Positions 53,116 to 62,996 of a stretch of DNA of 64,000 nucleotides are shown piece after piece. The position numbers and the translations under genes are program-made. The stretch's first letter is position 1; each line of letters starts with the position of its first letter. Under the pieces are notes generated by a model that searched no databases, had not been told where the DNA came from, and saw only the letters and a program-made list of their open reading frames with translations. This DNA is from Candidatus Entotheonellaceae bacterium. GTDB taxonomy: Bacteria; Tectomicrobia; Entotheonellia; Entotheonellales; Entotheonellaceae. Location of the stretch: contig OZ250173.1 in assembly GCA_965238075.1 (NCBI GenBank), positions 1,280,001 to 1,344,000 on the forward strand. Direction: 5' to 3'.

Positions 53116-55362
53116 ATGTCTGAAAAACCGTTGTCAACGCAGTCGGCACATTCTGACAGCACCACGAAACAGGCCGTCACGCGCCAACAGATGAACGCAT
53201 GGATCGAACAATTGGTGACCCGCCGCGGCGTGCTGGCCGGCGCCACGACCATCGGTGTAGCAGGGCTCGCCGGGCTTATCCTCGGCGGCTGCGAGGGCGA
53301 CTCGGGCGCCCCAGGTCCCGCCGGGCCTCCCGGACCCACATCGCCAGCACCGCCGACGTTCAATTTCAATGTCGTATCGCTGAACCAGGATGACAAGGTT
53401 ACCATTCCGGAGGGCCACAGTGCCCAGGTTCTGTACGCCTACGGCGATCCAATCAGCTCCGACCTGGAGGCCTATTCCAATATGGGCACCGAACCGGCTG
53501 CGCAATGGGACCAACGCACCGGCGACCACCATGACGGCATGCACTTCTTCGGTCTGAACGACAACGACGAACTGGACCCCAACGCCAGTAATCGGGGCAT
53601 CTTGTGCATCAACCACGAGAATATCACCCAGTCTCTGATGCACGAGTCAGGAACAAGCCTGGACGCCGATCGTAACCGTACCGACATCGACGAAGTGCGC
53701 AAGGAGCAGCGCGCCCACGGCGTGTCCTGCGTCGAGGTCGTCCGCGACGAAGCCACCGGCCGGTTCACGGTCGTCCAAAACTCGCCATTCAACCGCCGCA
53801 TCACCGCCTTAACTGAGATGGATCTGTATGGCCCGGCGGCTGAAAGTGACTTGCTGAAAACCAGACACAGCAACGACGGCCTCAAAGGCCGCGGTACGTT
53901 GAACAACTGCGCCAATGGTTATACCCCGTGGGGCACCTATCTGACTTGCGAGGAGAATTACGATCTCTACTTCCGCGATGACCGCACGATCGGCGACGGG
54001 TCCAAGGAAGTTCCAAGCGAGATCGGCTATGCCAACTACCTGGCCGGTATCGGCGTGCGCGACCCCGAAGGGCGCTACGAATGGGCGACCCTGGCCGGCC
54101 ATGCGGACGAGCAAGACGACGAGTTCGGCCGCTTCAATGTCACCCCCATACAGGGTAAATCGGCCACGGACGACTACCGCAACGAGGGTAATCAGTTCGG
54201 CTACATCGTGGAAATCGATCCGTTGAAGCCGACGGCCGCACCGCGCAAGCGCACGGCACTCGGTCGCTTCGCCCATGAAGGCGTGTGGCCCGCCAAAGCG
54301 GTCGATGGCGAGCCGGTCGTGTTCTACATGGGTGACGACGACCAGTTGCAGTTCATCTACAAATTCGTTTCCGCCGAGGCGTATGGGGCCGGTAATGCCA
54401 GTACGTCCCCGCTGGATACCGGGGACACTTACATGGACGACGGCACCTTGTACGTGGCCCGCTTCGATGCGGACGCCCCGACCGGGCGCCAGACCGGTGC
54501 CTGGCTTCCGCTGCGGCCCGACAACCCGGTCTTACAAGCTGCCAGCGAGGACCCCAATAGCCCGTTCTACGGGTTGTTCGGGACCCTGGCGTCCATCCTG
54601 GTGCATACGCGTGCGGCGGCGTTCGTCGTGGGCGCGACGCCCATGGACCGCCCCGAGTGGGGCGCGGTCAACCCTGGGAACGGGGAGGTTTATTTCACGC
54701 TGACCAACAACTCGGACCGCCGCGGTTTCGACGATGCCGACCCGGCTGCCCGCGCTGCCGGCGACCGGGGTTCGCGCGACGAGGTCACGGAATTCCTCGC
54801 CGACCGCGAATTTGGCGAGGTGCCGGCCAACCCGCGCGGCCCGAATTCCCACGGCCACATCATACGGCTGCAGGAAAGCGGCAACGACCCGGCGGCGCCG
54901 GAGTTTGCCTGGGACATCTTCGTGTTCGGTTCCGATGCGGGCGGCAGCGCCAATTTCTCCGGTCTGACCGCCGACAACGAGTTCACGGACTGCGACGGCC
55001 TGTGGTTCGACTCGGCCGGCCTGCTGTGGATCCAGACCGACGGCGGCCAGCCCGACGGCAACCACAACCAGATGCTGGCGGCGGTTCCCGGAGAGGTGGA
55101 TGACGGCGGCATCGACGCCGGCAATAACGACGTCAGCCTGCGGCGCTTTCTGGTTGGCCCCGAGGGCTGCGAAATCACTGGCATCGACATGACGCCGGAC
55201 CGGCGCTCGATGTTCGTCAACATCCAGCACCCGAATAGACATTGGCCGGCCGATAGCCGTGACGCCACGGAGGTTGCCGCAATGGGCCGTGCGCGGTCTG
55301 CCACCATCGTGATCACCCGTGACGACGGTGGTCCGATTGGTACGGAGGGTATGGACGCCTAA
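53116..55362 (+). CDS. phoX: PhoX alkaline phosphatase, Tat-exported lipoprotein
   Basis: TRRGVL, LGGC; NNCANGYTPWGTYLTCEEN, GRFAHE, MDRPE, FVNIQHP. Confidence 0.93.
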   Translation: MSEKPLSTQSAHSDSTTKQAVTRQQMNAWIEQLVTRRGVLAGATTIGVAGLAGLILGGCEGDSGAPGPAGPPGPTSPAPPTFNFNVVSLNQDDKVTIPEGHSAQVLYAYGDPISSDLEAYSNMGTEPAAQWDQRTGDHHDGMHFFGLNDNDELDPNASNRGILCINHENITQSLMHESGTSLDADRNRTDIDEVRKEQRAHGVSCVEVVRDEATGRFTVVQNSPFNRRITALTEMDLYGPAAESDLLKTRHSNDGLKGRGTLNNCANGYTPWGTYLTCEENYDLYFRDDRTIGDGSKEVPSEIGYANYLAGIGVRDPEGRYEWATLAGHADEQDDEFGRFNVTPIQGKSATDDYRNEGNQFGYIVEIDPLKPTAAPRKRTALGRFAHEGVWPAKAVDGEPVVFYMGDDDQLQFIYKFVSAEAYGAGNASTSPLDTGDTYMDDGTLYVARFDADAPTGRQTGAWLPLRPDNPVLQAASEDPNSPFYGLFGTLASILVHTRAAAFVVGATPMDRPEWGAVNPGNGEVYFTLTNNSDRRGFDDADPAARAAGDRGSRDEVTEFLADREFGEVPANPRGPNSHGHIIRLQESGNDPAAPEFAWDIFVFGSDAGGSANFSGLTADNEFTDCDGLWFDSAGLLWIQTDGGQPDGNHNQMLAAVPGEVDDGGIDAGNNDVSLRRFLVGPEGCEITGIDMTPDRRSMFVNIQHPNRHWPADSRDATEVAAMGRARSATIVITRDDGGPIGTEGMDA

Positions 55363-55462
55363 ATCGGGACGAATCGGGAAAGGGTGTGCCCGGCACCCTT
55401 TCCCGGCATGCGACGGGCGCCAGAAACAGCCCATACGCAGCGGGTAGCGGAGCCGTGACGAC

Positions 55463-56943
55463 TAGTACTACAGTTGTAAATTGATGTTACGGTTCTGGCG
55501 CCGCCGATAATGACAACGCCGTGCTGACCATTGATGCCGACGGCGCCATCTGCACCACCCCAACACCTGCTCGACACCGTGAGACACCGTCACCACCAGA
55601 CGCCGTATCTCCGGCACACTCAGCGCGACACAAGGCCCCGTGATGCCTTGAAGCCCGACAGACTGCTCGCCGCAGAGCGTTTTTTCCCCGACACCTCCAA
55701 GTGCGCTGCCCGCACCGCACTGAGCAACGCCAATGCCCACATCGACAAGGTGACGTGACGGTACCAGCCCGTCCAACTGCGAACTTCATACTCATCCAGG
55801 CCCACTTCGCCCTTGGCCGCCTCGAAACACATCTCAATGCACCAACGCCGACCCGCCACTGACACCAGGGTCGCCAAATCCGTCCGTGACGGTGCAAACA
55901 CCGCATAGGCCGTCAATTCCCTGTCCGCTTTCAAGCTGCGCCGTACCAGCAAGTAGCGGCACCAACCCACTGTGGGCGGCGCTGTCAACCTCACACACTG
56001 CCAATCATAGAGCCTTGGCCCTTTGCTGCCCGAACCCGCACTCAGTCGTTGCCAAGCACCCTCGTCAAGCCCCTGCAGCACCGATTTCACCGAGCGCTGC
56101 TCAACCCCCAGCCAGACATACTCGTTGCCCGACACCGCCAGCACATAGGCTTTTTCCTGCCCTTCCAACCACAGCCGCAAGCGACGCGCATCGCCGTAGA
56201 CGCTGTCACCCACCACCCACGACGCAGGCACCCCTGCCGCAAAGGCACGCTCAAGCATCGCCTGGGCCAACTCAGGCTTGGTGGCAAACGCCACCTCCGG
56301 GATAATGCCCGCCCGCTGACAGCGCTCAGCGTCTTTTGTCCACGACGCGGGCAGGTATAAGGCACGATCCAGCAGGCTCTGGCCCAAGCGACTGGCATAG
56401 GCCAGAAACACGCCGACCTGGCAGTTCTCCACCCGACCTGCGGTGCCGCTATACTGCCTTGCTACCCCGGCTGACTGGTTGCCCTTTTTCAAAAACCCCG
56501 TCTCATCCACCACCAGCACGGCCTGTGAGTCGCCCACGTGCGCCACCACGTAGGCGTACAGGGCATCTCGGAGTTGGTCGGCCTGCCACAAGGCGCGTCC
56601 AAGCAAATGCTGGATGCCGTAGGGCGTGACATCGCCGTTCACTTCTGCCAGTTGCCAGGCATTTTTGCGCCCTACCGTACTGAGCAAGCCTTCCATATAG
56701 GCCACGGCGCGGTGCCACGATCGACGACGGACAATTCCTCTCGCTCCAATGGGACGGAGGTGCTGTGCCACCTCACGGAGATACGCTTGCCAGCCGCTGA
56801 CGGGCGTCAGAACCTGCCCCGTTCTTGAAACGGGGTCAGTCTCGCTCGCGAGCGGGTCGAAACGTTGGCTTGACATCATGGCTCCCTCCGCTTTGAAATC
56901 AGGGAAAAGACCCTGATAGCATCAAATTACAACTGTAGTACTA
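55463..56943 (-). mobile_element. IS701-family insertion sequence
   Basis: 24-bp IRs TAGTACTACAGTTGTAAATTGATG (55463-55486) / CATCAAATTACAACTGTAGTACTA (56920-56943), one mismatch. Confidence 0.92.
55620..56879 (-). CDS. IS701-family transposase
   Basis: VDETGFLKKG, RQYSGTAG..NCQ, GDSVYG, RWCIEMCFE. Confidence 0.95.
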   Translation of the reverse strand: MMSSQRFDPLASETDPVSRTGQVLTPVSGWQAYLREVAQHLRPIGARGIVRRRSWHRAVAYMEGLLSTVGRKNAWQLAEVNGDVTPYGIQHLLGRALWQADQLRDALYAYVVAHVGDSQAVLVVDETGFLKKGNQSAGVARQYSGTAGRVENCQVGVFLAYASRLGQSLLDRALYLPASWTKDAERCQRAGIIPEVAFATKPELAQAMLERAFAAGVPASWVVGDSVYGDARRLRLWLEGQEKAYVLAVSGNEYVWLGVEQRSVKSVLQGLDEGAWQRLSAGSGSKGPRLYDWQCVRLTAPPTVGWCRYLLVRRSLKADRELTAYAVFAPSRTDLATLVSVAGRRWCIEMCFEAAKGEVGLDEYEVRSWTGWYRHVTLSMWALALLSAVRAAHLEVSGKKRSAASSLSGFKASRGLVSR

Positions 56944-57211
56944 AGTGTATAGTCCCAGTGTTTGCACCCCGCATTAGACTTACGCTTGTCGGCTGGCTTG
57001 CGCCAGACTTTCTCCAGGCGGTTCCTGAACGCTTCCCAAGGAACCAGCGCATTGATCCTTACTAATGGATCGGTTTTGGCATCCAAAGCGGCGTCGCGAT
57101 TCTCGACATCGAAAAAGCCCATCTGACCCATGCTCAACTCCCCCGGCTCTTTGGCAAATGTGTCTCAGTGATTCTAAACCAAGCGGGAGATGAGTATTAT
57201 TAGAGATGCTC
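56944..57211 (-). pseudogene. 5' fragment of IS5 element (left end + first ~60 codons)
   Basis: MGFFDVENR..LDAK.DPLV.IN similar to 36250 gene; left end GAGCATCTCTAATAA. Confidence 0.88.
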
Positions 57212-57373
57212 TAGAGCATTTCCGTATTAAGCTGTAGGTCGGATTAGCGAAGCGTAATCCGACATTCCACTGCGCTCCGCAGCCCACTGCTGTCGGGTTA
57301 CGCCTTCGGCTAACCCGACCTACATGAAGCCGCCGGTCCGCACCTCGTTCAATTCAACACGAAAAGGCTCCGA
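57211..57373. repeat. MITE-like element with two GTAG REPs (copy 2)
   Basis: Reverse-complement homologue of 6103-6265. Confidence 0.8.
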
Positions 57374-57462
57374 GCCCGTCCAATTTGTTGCGCGTCCAAG
57401 CGGCGCCGTGGCACAATCGCCACCTCTTACCAGCCCCAAGCCCATCGCATGAGGAATACAAG

Positions 57463-58080
57463 ATGATCTATGAGATACGAACTTACGACCTCAAGCCCCG
57501 TTCCGTGCCCGAATTCGAGCGCCGCATCGCGGAAAAGCTCAAGGAAGGCCGCGAGACCTATTCGCCCCTGTTCGGCTTCTGGTACACGGAGGCCGGTCCG
57601 CTGAACCAGGTGGTGCACATCTGGCCGTACGAGGACTCGAACCAGCGGCAGGATATCCGCGCCAAGGTTGTGGCCGACGGCGTCTGGCCGCCGAACCTCG
57701 GCGAATTCATCCTCAACATGCACTCGGCCATCTACCTGCCGGCGCCCTTCATGCAGGACCGCGGCGCCGCCAAGCTGGGGCCGCTGTACGAAATGCGCAT
57801 CTACACCTACGCGCCCGGCGCCATCCCGCGCGTCATCGAGAAGTGGAGCGAGCATGTCCCCGAGCGGGAAAAACACTCGCCGCTGGTCGGTGCCTGGTAC
57901 TCGGACGTCGGCGACCTGAACGTGTGGATTCACCTGTGGGCGTACGCCAGCTTCGAGGAGCGGCTGAAAGTTCGCGCCGAAACGCGCGCGAAGGGCGTGT
58001 GGCCACCGCCGGGCGGCATCGCGCCGCTGCGGCAGGAGAGCAAGCTGCTGACGCCGTTCAGTTGCTCGCCGCTGCAATAA
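57463..58080 (+). CDS. Tandem NIPSNAP-domain protein
   Basis: Two YE.R.Y...G.LN...H.W.Y...R...R...WPP repeats. Confidence 0.9.
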   Translation: MIYEIRTYDLKPRSVPEFERRIAEKLKEGRETYSPLFGFWYTEAGPLNQVVHIWPYEDSNQRQDIRAKVVADGVWPPNLGEFILNMHSAIYLPAPFMQDRGAAKLGPLYEMRIYTYAPGAIPRVIEKWSEHVPEREKHSPLVGAWYSDVGDLNVWIHLWAYASFEERLKVRAETRAKGVWPPPGGIAPLRQESKLLTPFSCSPLQ

Positions 58081-58120
58081 GTCCATCCGGCCCGCCGTTG
58101 TTCCGCGAGGGAGCAGAACC

Positions 58121-59293
58121 ATGAAAATCACGCAGGTACGCGTTGTGCCCATGAGCGACCCGGTGCCCGTGGAGCGCCGCCACCGTACCGATCTGGGCAC
58201 CAAGGTCAAATCGGACTCGGCGATCATTTTCGTCGATACCGACACCGGCCTCACCGGCATGGGCGCGGCACTGGGCAATCCCGGGGTGGTGCAGGCCATT
58301 GTCGAGCACGAGCTGGGGCCGGACCTCGTGGGCGAGGACCCGATGTTTTCGGAGCGCATCTACGAGAAGCTGTACAACGGCTCGCGTTTTCGCCCGGCCC
58401 TGGAGCGCGGCTGGCAGCAGCCGGAGCCGTCGCGCCGTCGCGGCATGGTGATGGAAGCCATCGCCGGCATTGACATCGCGGTGTGGGACGTCAAGGCGCA
58501 GGCGCTGGAGGTGCCGGTGTACCAAGCCCTCGGCGCCGTGCACAGCGAGGTGCGGGCGTACGGTTCGGGCGGCTGGGCGCCGGGCGATGAGGCCGAGGCG
58601 GAAATGGCGGGCTATGCCGCGAAGGGTTTCAGCGCCGTAAAAATGCGCGTGGTGGGACGCGACGGCTTCTCCATCGGGAACACCGTGCGCCGCGTGCGGG
58701 CCGCGCGGCGCGGCATCGGACCGGACGTGGAGTTGATGGTGGACGCGCACGGCTCGCTAGACGTGTCCACCGCTGTCCGGCTTTCAAAGGCGTTGGAAGA
58801 ATATGACATCGCCTGGTTCGAAGAGCCGGTGTCGCCGGACGACCATCACGGGCAGGCCCTGGTGCGGCAGGCGACGAAAATTCCGATCGCCTCCGGGGAG
58901 CGGGAGTTCACCCGCCATGACTTCCTCGACCTCATGGAGCACGGCGCCCTCGACATCGCGCAGCCGGACGTGGCACGCGCCGGCGGCTTCACGGAAATCC
59001 GCCGCATCGCCGCGCTCACCTCGACCCGCCAAGTCCGCCTGGCACCGCACGCCTGGGGCAGCGGCGTGCTGTTCGCGGCCTCCATCCACGTCGCCATGGC
59101 GGCGGCAAACTGTCACATCCTGGAAGTGAGCCAAGGCTACATGCCGATGATCTGGGAATTGTTCGAGGAGCCGTTCGACATCCGCCCCGACGGTACCGTG
59201 CATGCCCCTGAAAAACCCGGCCTCGGCTTTACCCTGCGACCGGACGCGCTGGAACGGTTCAAGTATCTGACGGGACCGGAATATGAGTGGTAG
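58121..59293 (+). CDS. Mandelate racemase/muconate lactonising enzyme family (enolase superfamily)
   Basis: IDIAVWD, KMR, MVDAH, WFEEP, SGE, QPD, PH. Confidence 0.93.
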   Translation: MKITQVRVVPMSDPVPVERRHRTDLGTKVKSDSAIIFVDTDTGLTGMGAALGNPGVVQAIVEHELGPDLVGEDPMFSERIYEKLYNGSRFRPALERGWQQPEPSRRRGMVMEAIAGIDIAVWDVKAQALEVPVYQALGAVHSEVRAYGSGGWAPGDEAEAEMAGYAAKGFSAVKMRVVGRDGFSIGNTVRRVRAARRGIGPDVELMVDAHGSLDVSTAVRLSKALEEYDIAWFEEPVSPDDHHGQALVRQATKIPIASGEREFTRHDFLDLMEHGALDIAQPDVARAGGFTEIRRIAALTSTRQVRLAPHAWGSGVLFAASIHVAMAAANCHILEVSQGYMPMIWELFEEPFDIRPDGTVHAPEKPGLGFTLRPDALERFKYLTGPEYEW

Positions 59294-59333
59294 CAACGGA
59301 AACTGCCGGATATCGCGGCGAACCTTCCGGATC

Positions 59334-59452
59334 GAATCATATGCGGATTGGCGGCTTCAGGCAGGTCGGGTTTGCCGTAAGCGCAACCCGACAGCAGAGG
59401 CCTGGGGGCGTCGTGGAATGTCGGACTACGCTTTGCTGATCCGACCTGCAGC
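59334..59452. repeat. Degenerate partial copy of the REP-doublet element
   Basis: Colinear with ~6126-6245. Confidence 0.7.
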
Positions 59453-59468
59453 CTGATGGGAACATTCT

Positions 59469-60730
59469 ATGAGCAGCGATACCGCAATCGTTGACGATCC
59501 ATTCGCCATTGCCCGGTGGCAGTTGGACGCCGTCGCTGAGCATCTGAAACTGGGTGACGGCATGCGCCGCATCCTGCGCACCCCAAATCGGAGCTGACCG
59601 TCACCTTCCCGGTGATCATGGATGATGGGCGCACGGAGGTATTTACCGGGCACCGAGTGCAACACAATGTCGCCCGCGGCCAGGCCAAGGGCGGTATTCG
59701 CTACTCGCCATACGTCACCCTCAACGAGATGCGCGCCCTGTCCATGTGGATGACCTGGAAATGTGCCGTCGTGAATCTGCCCTTTGGCGGTGCGAAGGGT
59801 GGGGTCTGTTGCAACACCAAGGAGATGTCGCTGCGCGAAATCGAGCGCCTCACGCGGCGCTATGCCACCGAAATTGCCTTCTTGATCGGCCCGGCCAGCG
59901 ACATCCCAGCCCCCGACATGTATACCGACTCTCGCGTCATGGCTTGGATGATGGATACGTAGAGTATGCACAAAGGGTACTCCGTCCCTGGCGTGGTGAC
60001 GGGGAAACCCATCAGCGTCGGCGGCTCCTTGGGGCGTTCGGAGGCGACGGGACGTGGCTGCGTGTATGCCATCGTCAACGTGGCGAAGCAGGTGGGTATC
60101 AACCTCGATGGGGCAACCGTGGCGGTGCAGGGTTTTGGCAATGCCGGCTCGGTCGTGGTCAGACTCCTCGCGCAACTGGGATGTCGGATCATCGCGGTGA
60201 GCGATTCAAACGGCGGCATCTACGATGAACACGGGCTCGATGCAGAAGCCCTGCAGGCCTGCAAGCGGGGGACGGGCTCTGTCAGAAATTATTCGTCAGG
60301 CGACCGCCTCTCCAATGAGGCGCTTCTCACCCTCCCCTGCGACATTTTGGTGCCAGCCGCTCTGGAAAATCAGCTCACCGAGCGGATTGCGCCGAAGGTC
60401 CGGAGCAAGCTGATCGCCGAGGCGGCAAATGGTCCGACCACGCCGGCAGCAGACGCGATTTTTCAAGATCGTGGCGTGACGGTGGTTCCCGACATTTTGG
60501 CGAATGCCGGCGGGGTCACGGTCTCCTACTTCGAGTGGGTTCAGAATCTGCAGGAATTTCACTGGAAGGAGGAGCAGGTCAATCAACAACTCAAGGACGT
60601 AATGGATGCGAGTTGCGGTCAGGTTATGGCGCTAGCCGAGCGGGAGCACGCGAGTTTGCGCACCGCGGCATACATCTTGGCGGTTGATCGCGTCGTCAAC
60701 GCGATTCAAGACCGGGGTATTTATCCATAA
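59469..60730 (+). pseudogene. gdhA: Glu/Leu/Phe/Val (glutamate) dehydrogenase with frameshift near 59590 and amber stop at 59960-59962
   Basis: [26 protein letters not shown] (expected MDTYS), QGFGNAG, NAGGVTVSYFEW. Confidence 0.88.
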
Positions 60731-60832
60731 GAGGGTGTCTTGTTTAACGGTCGTTAAATGAGAGGGCGCCAAGCCGGTCTAAAGGACAAAAACAGGTCTA
60801 GCGGTCCGCACCGACCGGCAGTACCACGCTTC

Positions 60833-62062
60833 TCAGATCACGCCCTCGTCCTGCAGCGTGGCGAGTTCGGCATCGGACAGGCCGAGCAGGCCGCCGAGGA
60901 TGTCCTGGTTGTGGGCGCCAACGGCGGGGCCGGGCCAGGTGGTGGCGCCGGGGGTGGCGCTGAGATGGGGGGTAAGGGCGGGGATGCGCAGGGGTTGGCC
61001 GTTGACTTCGACCTGCTGGAACAGGCCGCGGGCGTGGAAATGGGGGTCCTGGAGCATATCCGCGACGCTGTAGATCGGGCCGGCGGGGACGGAAGCGTCG
61101 GCGAGTTGTGCCAGCACCTCGGCGGCGGCGAGGCTGGCGGTCCAGGCGGCGATGGCGGCGTCGATTTCGCGTTCGTGCGCCACGCGGCCGGCGTTTTCGG
61201 CGAAGCGCGGGTCCTCGGCCATGTCGGCCCGCCCGGCGGCGCGCATCAGGCGTTGAAAGATGGAATTGCCGTTGCCGCCGATGACCACGTAGGCGCCGTC
61301 GCGGCAGGCGTAGGTATTGGTCGGCACGATACCGGTCAGGGTCGAGCCGGAAGGCTGCCGCACCAGTCCGGCGCCGTCGTATTCCGGCACCACGGCTTCC
61401 AGCATGTTGAAGACCGATTCGTAAATGGCCACGTCCACCACCTGCCCGTCGCCGCCCGCCGGCTTGCCGCGTTGGATGTATGCCAGCAGGATGCCGAGCA
61501 CGGCGTGCAGTCCGGCCAGCGTGTCGCCCAGGCTCAGGTTGGGCCGCACCGGTGCCTCGCCTGGAAAGCCGTTCAGGTAGCGAAAACCGCCCACCCCTTC
61601 GCACACCGAGGCATAGCCGGGCCGTTCGGCGTACGGCCCGGTCTGGCCGTATCCCGAGACGCGCGCGTAGATCAGCCCCGGATTCGTCGTCTTGACTTCC
61701 TCGGGTCCGAGGCCCCATTTCTCCATGGTGCCGGGACGGAAATTCTCGATCAGCACGTCCACGCGGTCCGCCAATTGGCGGGCGATGCCGCGCCCCTTGT
61801 CGGTCTGCAGATTCAGCGTGATGCTCTTCTTGTTGCGCCCCAGGCTGCGCCACCAAAACGACGTGCCGTTGTCGTCGAGCAGCCGCCAGCCGCGAATCGG
61901 ATCGCCCTTGCCCGGCGGCTCGACCTTGATCACCTCGGCGCCGAAGTATCCGAGGACGCAGCCGGCGAACGGCCCCGCCAAGAGCTGGCCCAATTCGAGC
62001 ACCCGCACGCCGTCCAGCGGTCGAGCGGTCGCAGGGTTCGGTTCCGAAGCAGAAGAGGGCAT
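60833..62062 (-). CDS. CaiB/BaiF class III CoA-transferase
   Basis: LAGPF, VIKVEPP, RNKKS, ENFRPG, GYGQTGP. Confidence 0.95.
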   Translation of the reverse strand: MPSSASEPNPATARPLDGVRVLELGQLLAGPFAGCVLGYFGAEVIKVEPPGKGDPIRGWRLLDDNGTSFWWRSLGRNKKSITLNLQTDKGRGIARQLADRVDVLIENFRPGTMEKWGLGPEEVKTTNPGLIYARVSGYGQTGPYAERPGYASVCEGVGGFRYLNGFPGEAPVRPNLSLGDTLAGLHAVLGILLAYIQRGKPAGGDGQVVDVAIYESVFNMLEAVVPEYDGAGLVRQPSGSTLTGIVPTNTYACRDGAYVVIGGNGNSIFQRLMRAAGRADMAEDPRFAENAGRVAHEREIDAAIAAWTASLAAAEVLAQLADASVPAGPIYSVADMLQDPHFHARGLFQQVEVNGQPLRIPALTPHLSATPGATTWPGPAVGAHNQDILGGLLGLSDAELATLQDEGVI

Positions 62063-62097
62063 GGGGCACGCCTCCTTGGCATGTCGGGCCAGGGAAT

Positions 62098-62535
62098 TCA
62101 GTCTTGCACGTGGATGACGGTGACCTCGAAGACGATGTGCTGACCGGCCAGAGGATGGTTCAGGTCCACCGTCACCGCGGTGTCGTTAATGGCATGAATG
62201 CGATAGGGGATGATGCTGCCGTCCGGCCCCGGAAATTCGCCCTCGAAGCCGAGGTGCCGGGCCGAGGCGGGGAATTGCTCCTTGGAGAGTTCCTGGAAGG
62301 CCGCCGGGTCAATGCACCCGAACGCGTCGGCGGGCTTCAGCTCAAGCCGCACGGTGTCGCCAACGCCGAGACCTTCCACGCCCGTGTGCAGGCCGGGCGG
62401 CATGCGGGTGTGGCCGTGCACGTAAGTCCAGGTGCCGCTGTGTTGGGCCGAGTCGACCAGGGTGCCGTCGGCTAGGCACAGCGTGTAGTCGAGGCACACC
62501 GTCTTGCCGGCCTGCACCCGCTCGTTGCTGCTCAT
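62098..62535 (-). CDS. slyD: FKBP-type peptidyl-prolyl isomerase, SlyD-like (no His tail)
   Basis: DYTL, VDLNHPLAG. Confidence 0.85.
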   Translation of the reverse strand: MSSNERVQAGKTVCLDYTLCLADGTLVDSAQHSGTWTYVHGHTRMPPGLHTGVEGLGVGDTVRLELKPADAFGCIDPAAFQELSKEQFPASARHLGFEGEFPGPDGSIIPYRIHAINDTAVTVDLNHPLAGQHIVFEVTVIHVQD

Positions 62536-62894
62536 GACGCTTCGGGCATCCCCTTTTCCCGCCAGCCGATGAAGCCGCCGATCAGATAATGCACGTTGGT
62601 GTAACCCATCTGCTGCAAGGTCTGTCCTGCCAGGACAGCACGATTCTCGCCGCCTCAATGGGTCACGATGGGCGTGTTCTTGTCGGGGACGGTTTCCTCC
62701 ATGCGGCCCTCGATGAACCCCCGGGCCAGCCACGTCGCCTGCGGAATGTGGCCGTCGTCCCACTCGGCCCGCTCCCTGACGTCCACCACCACAACGCCCT
62801 CGCCCCCGTCCAGTTGGGCGCTGAGGTCGGTTTGGCTGAGGCCGGGCACGACGCGCCGGGCTGCCTCGATCATTTCTCGTCCTGTCATGGCCAT
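62532..62894 (-). CDS. Rhodanese-domain protein with in-frame UGA at the active site (probable selenocysteine)
   Basis: VDVRERAEWDDGHIP...IVTH-U-GGENRAVLAG..LQQMGY.NV..LIGGF.GW; 120 aa if read through; stop overlaps slyD start (ATGA). Confidence 0.85.
62622..62638 (-). promoter_or_regulatory. Candidate bacterial SECIS hairpin
   Basis: CUGUCCU-GGC-AGGACAG perfect stem beginning 16 nt after the UGA. Confidence 0.65.
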
Positions 62895-62920
62895 GCTGAG
62901 TTCTCCTGTAAATGCAGTGT

Positions 62921-62985
62921 CCAGTGGTTAGTGGCTAGTGAAATCTGGGTTTGCTGACCGCTAATCACTGGTCACCAGCCACTGA
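62921..62985. repeat. Inverted arrays of degenerate heptamers
   Basis: CAGTGGT TAGTGGC TAGTG ... CTGACCG CTAATCA CTGGTCA CCAGCCA CTGA. Confidence 0.55.
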
Positions 62986-62996
62986 TTTTTTCCGCC

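Noticed and set aside
55376-55405. Hairpin after phoX as intrinsic terminator
   Set aside because: Stem present but no following U-tract; may be a repeat remnant
59960-59962. In-frame TAG in gdh as pyrrolysine/readthrough
   Set aside because: Replaces an expected Tyr (one base from TAC/TAT), the gene also has a frameshift, and no pyl genes are seen
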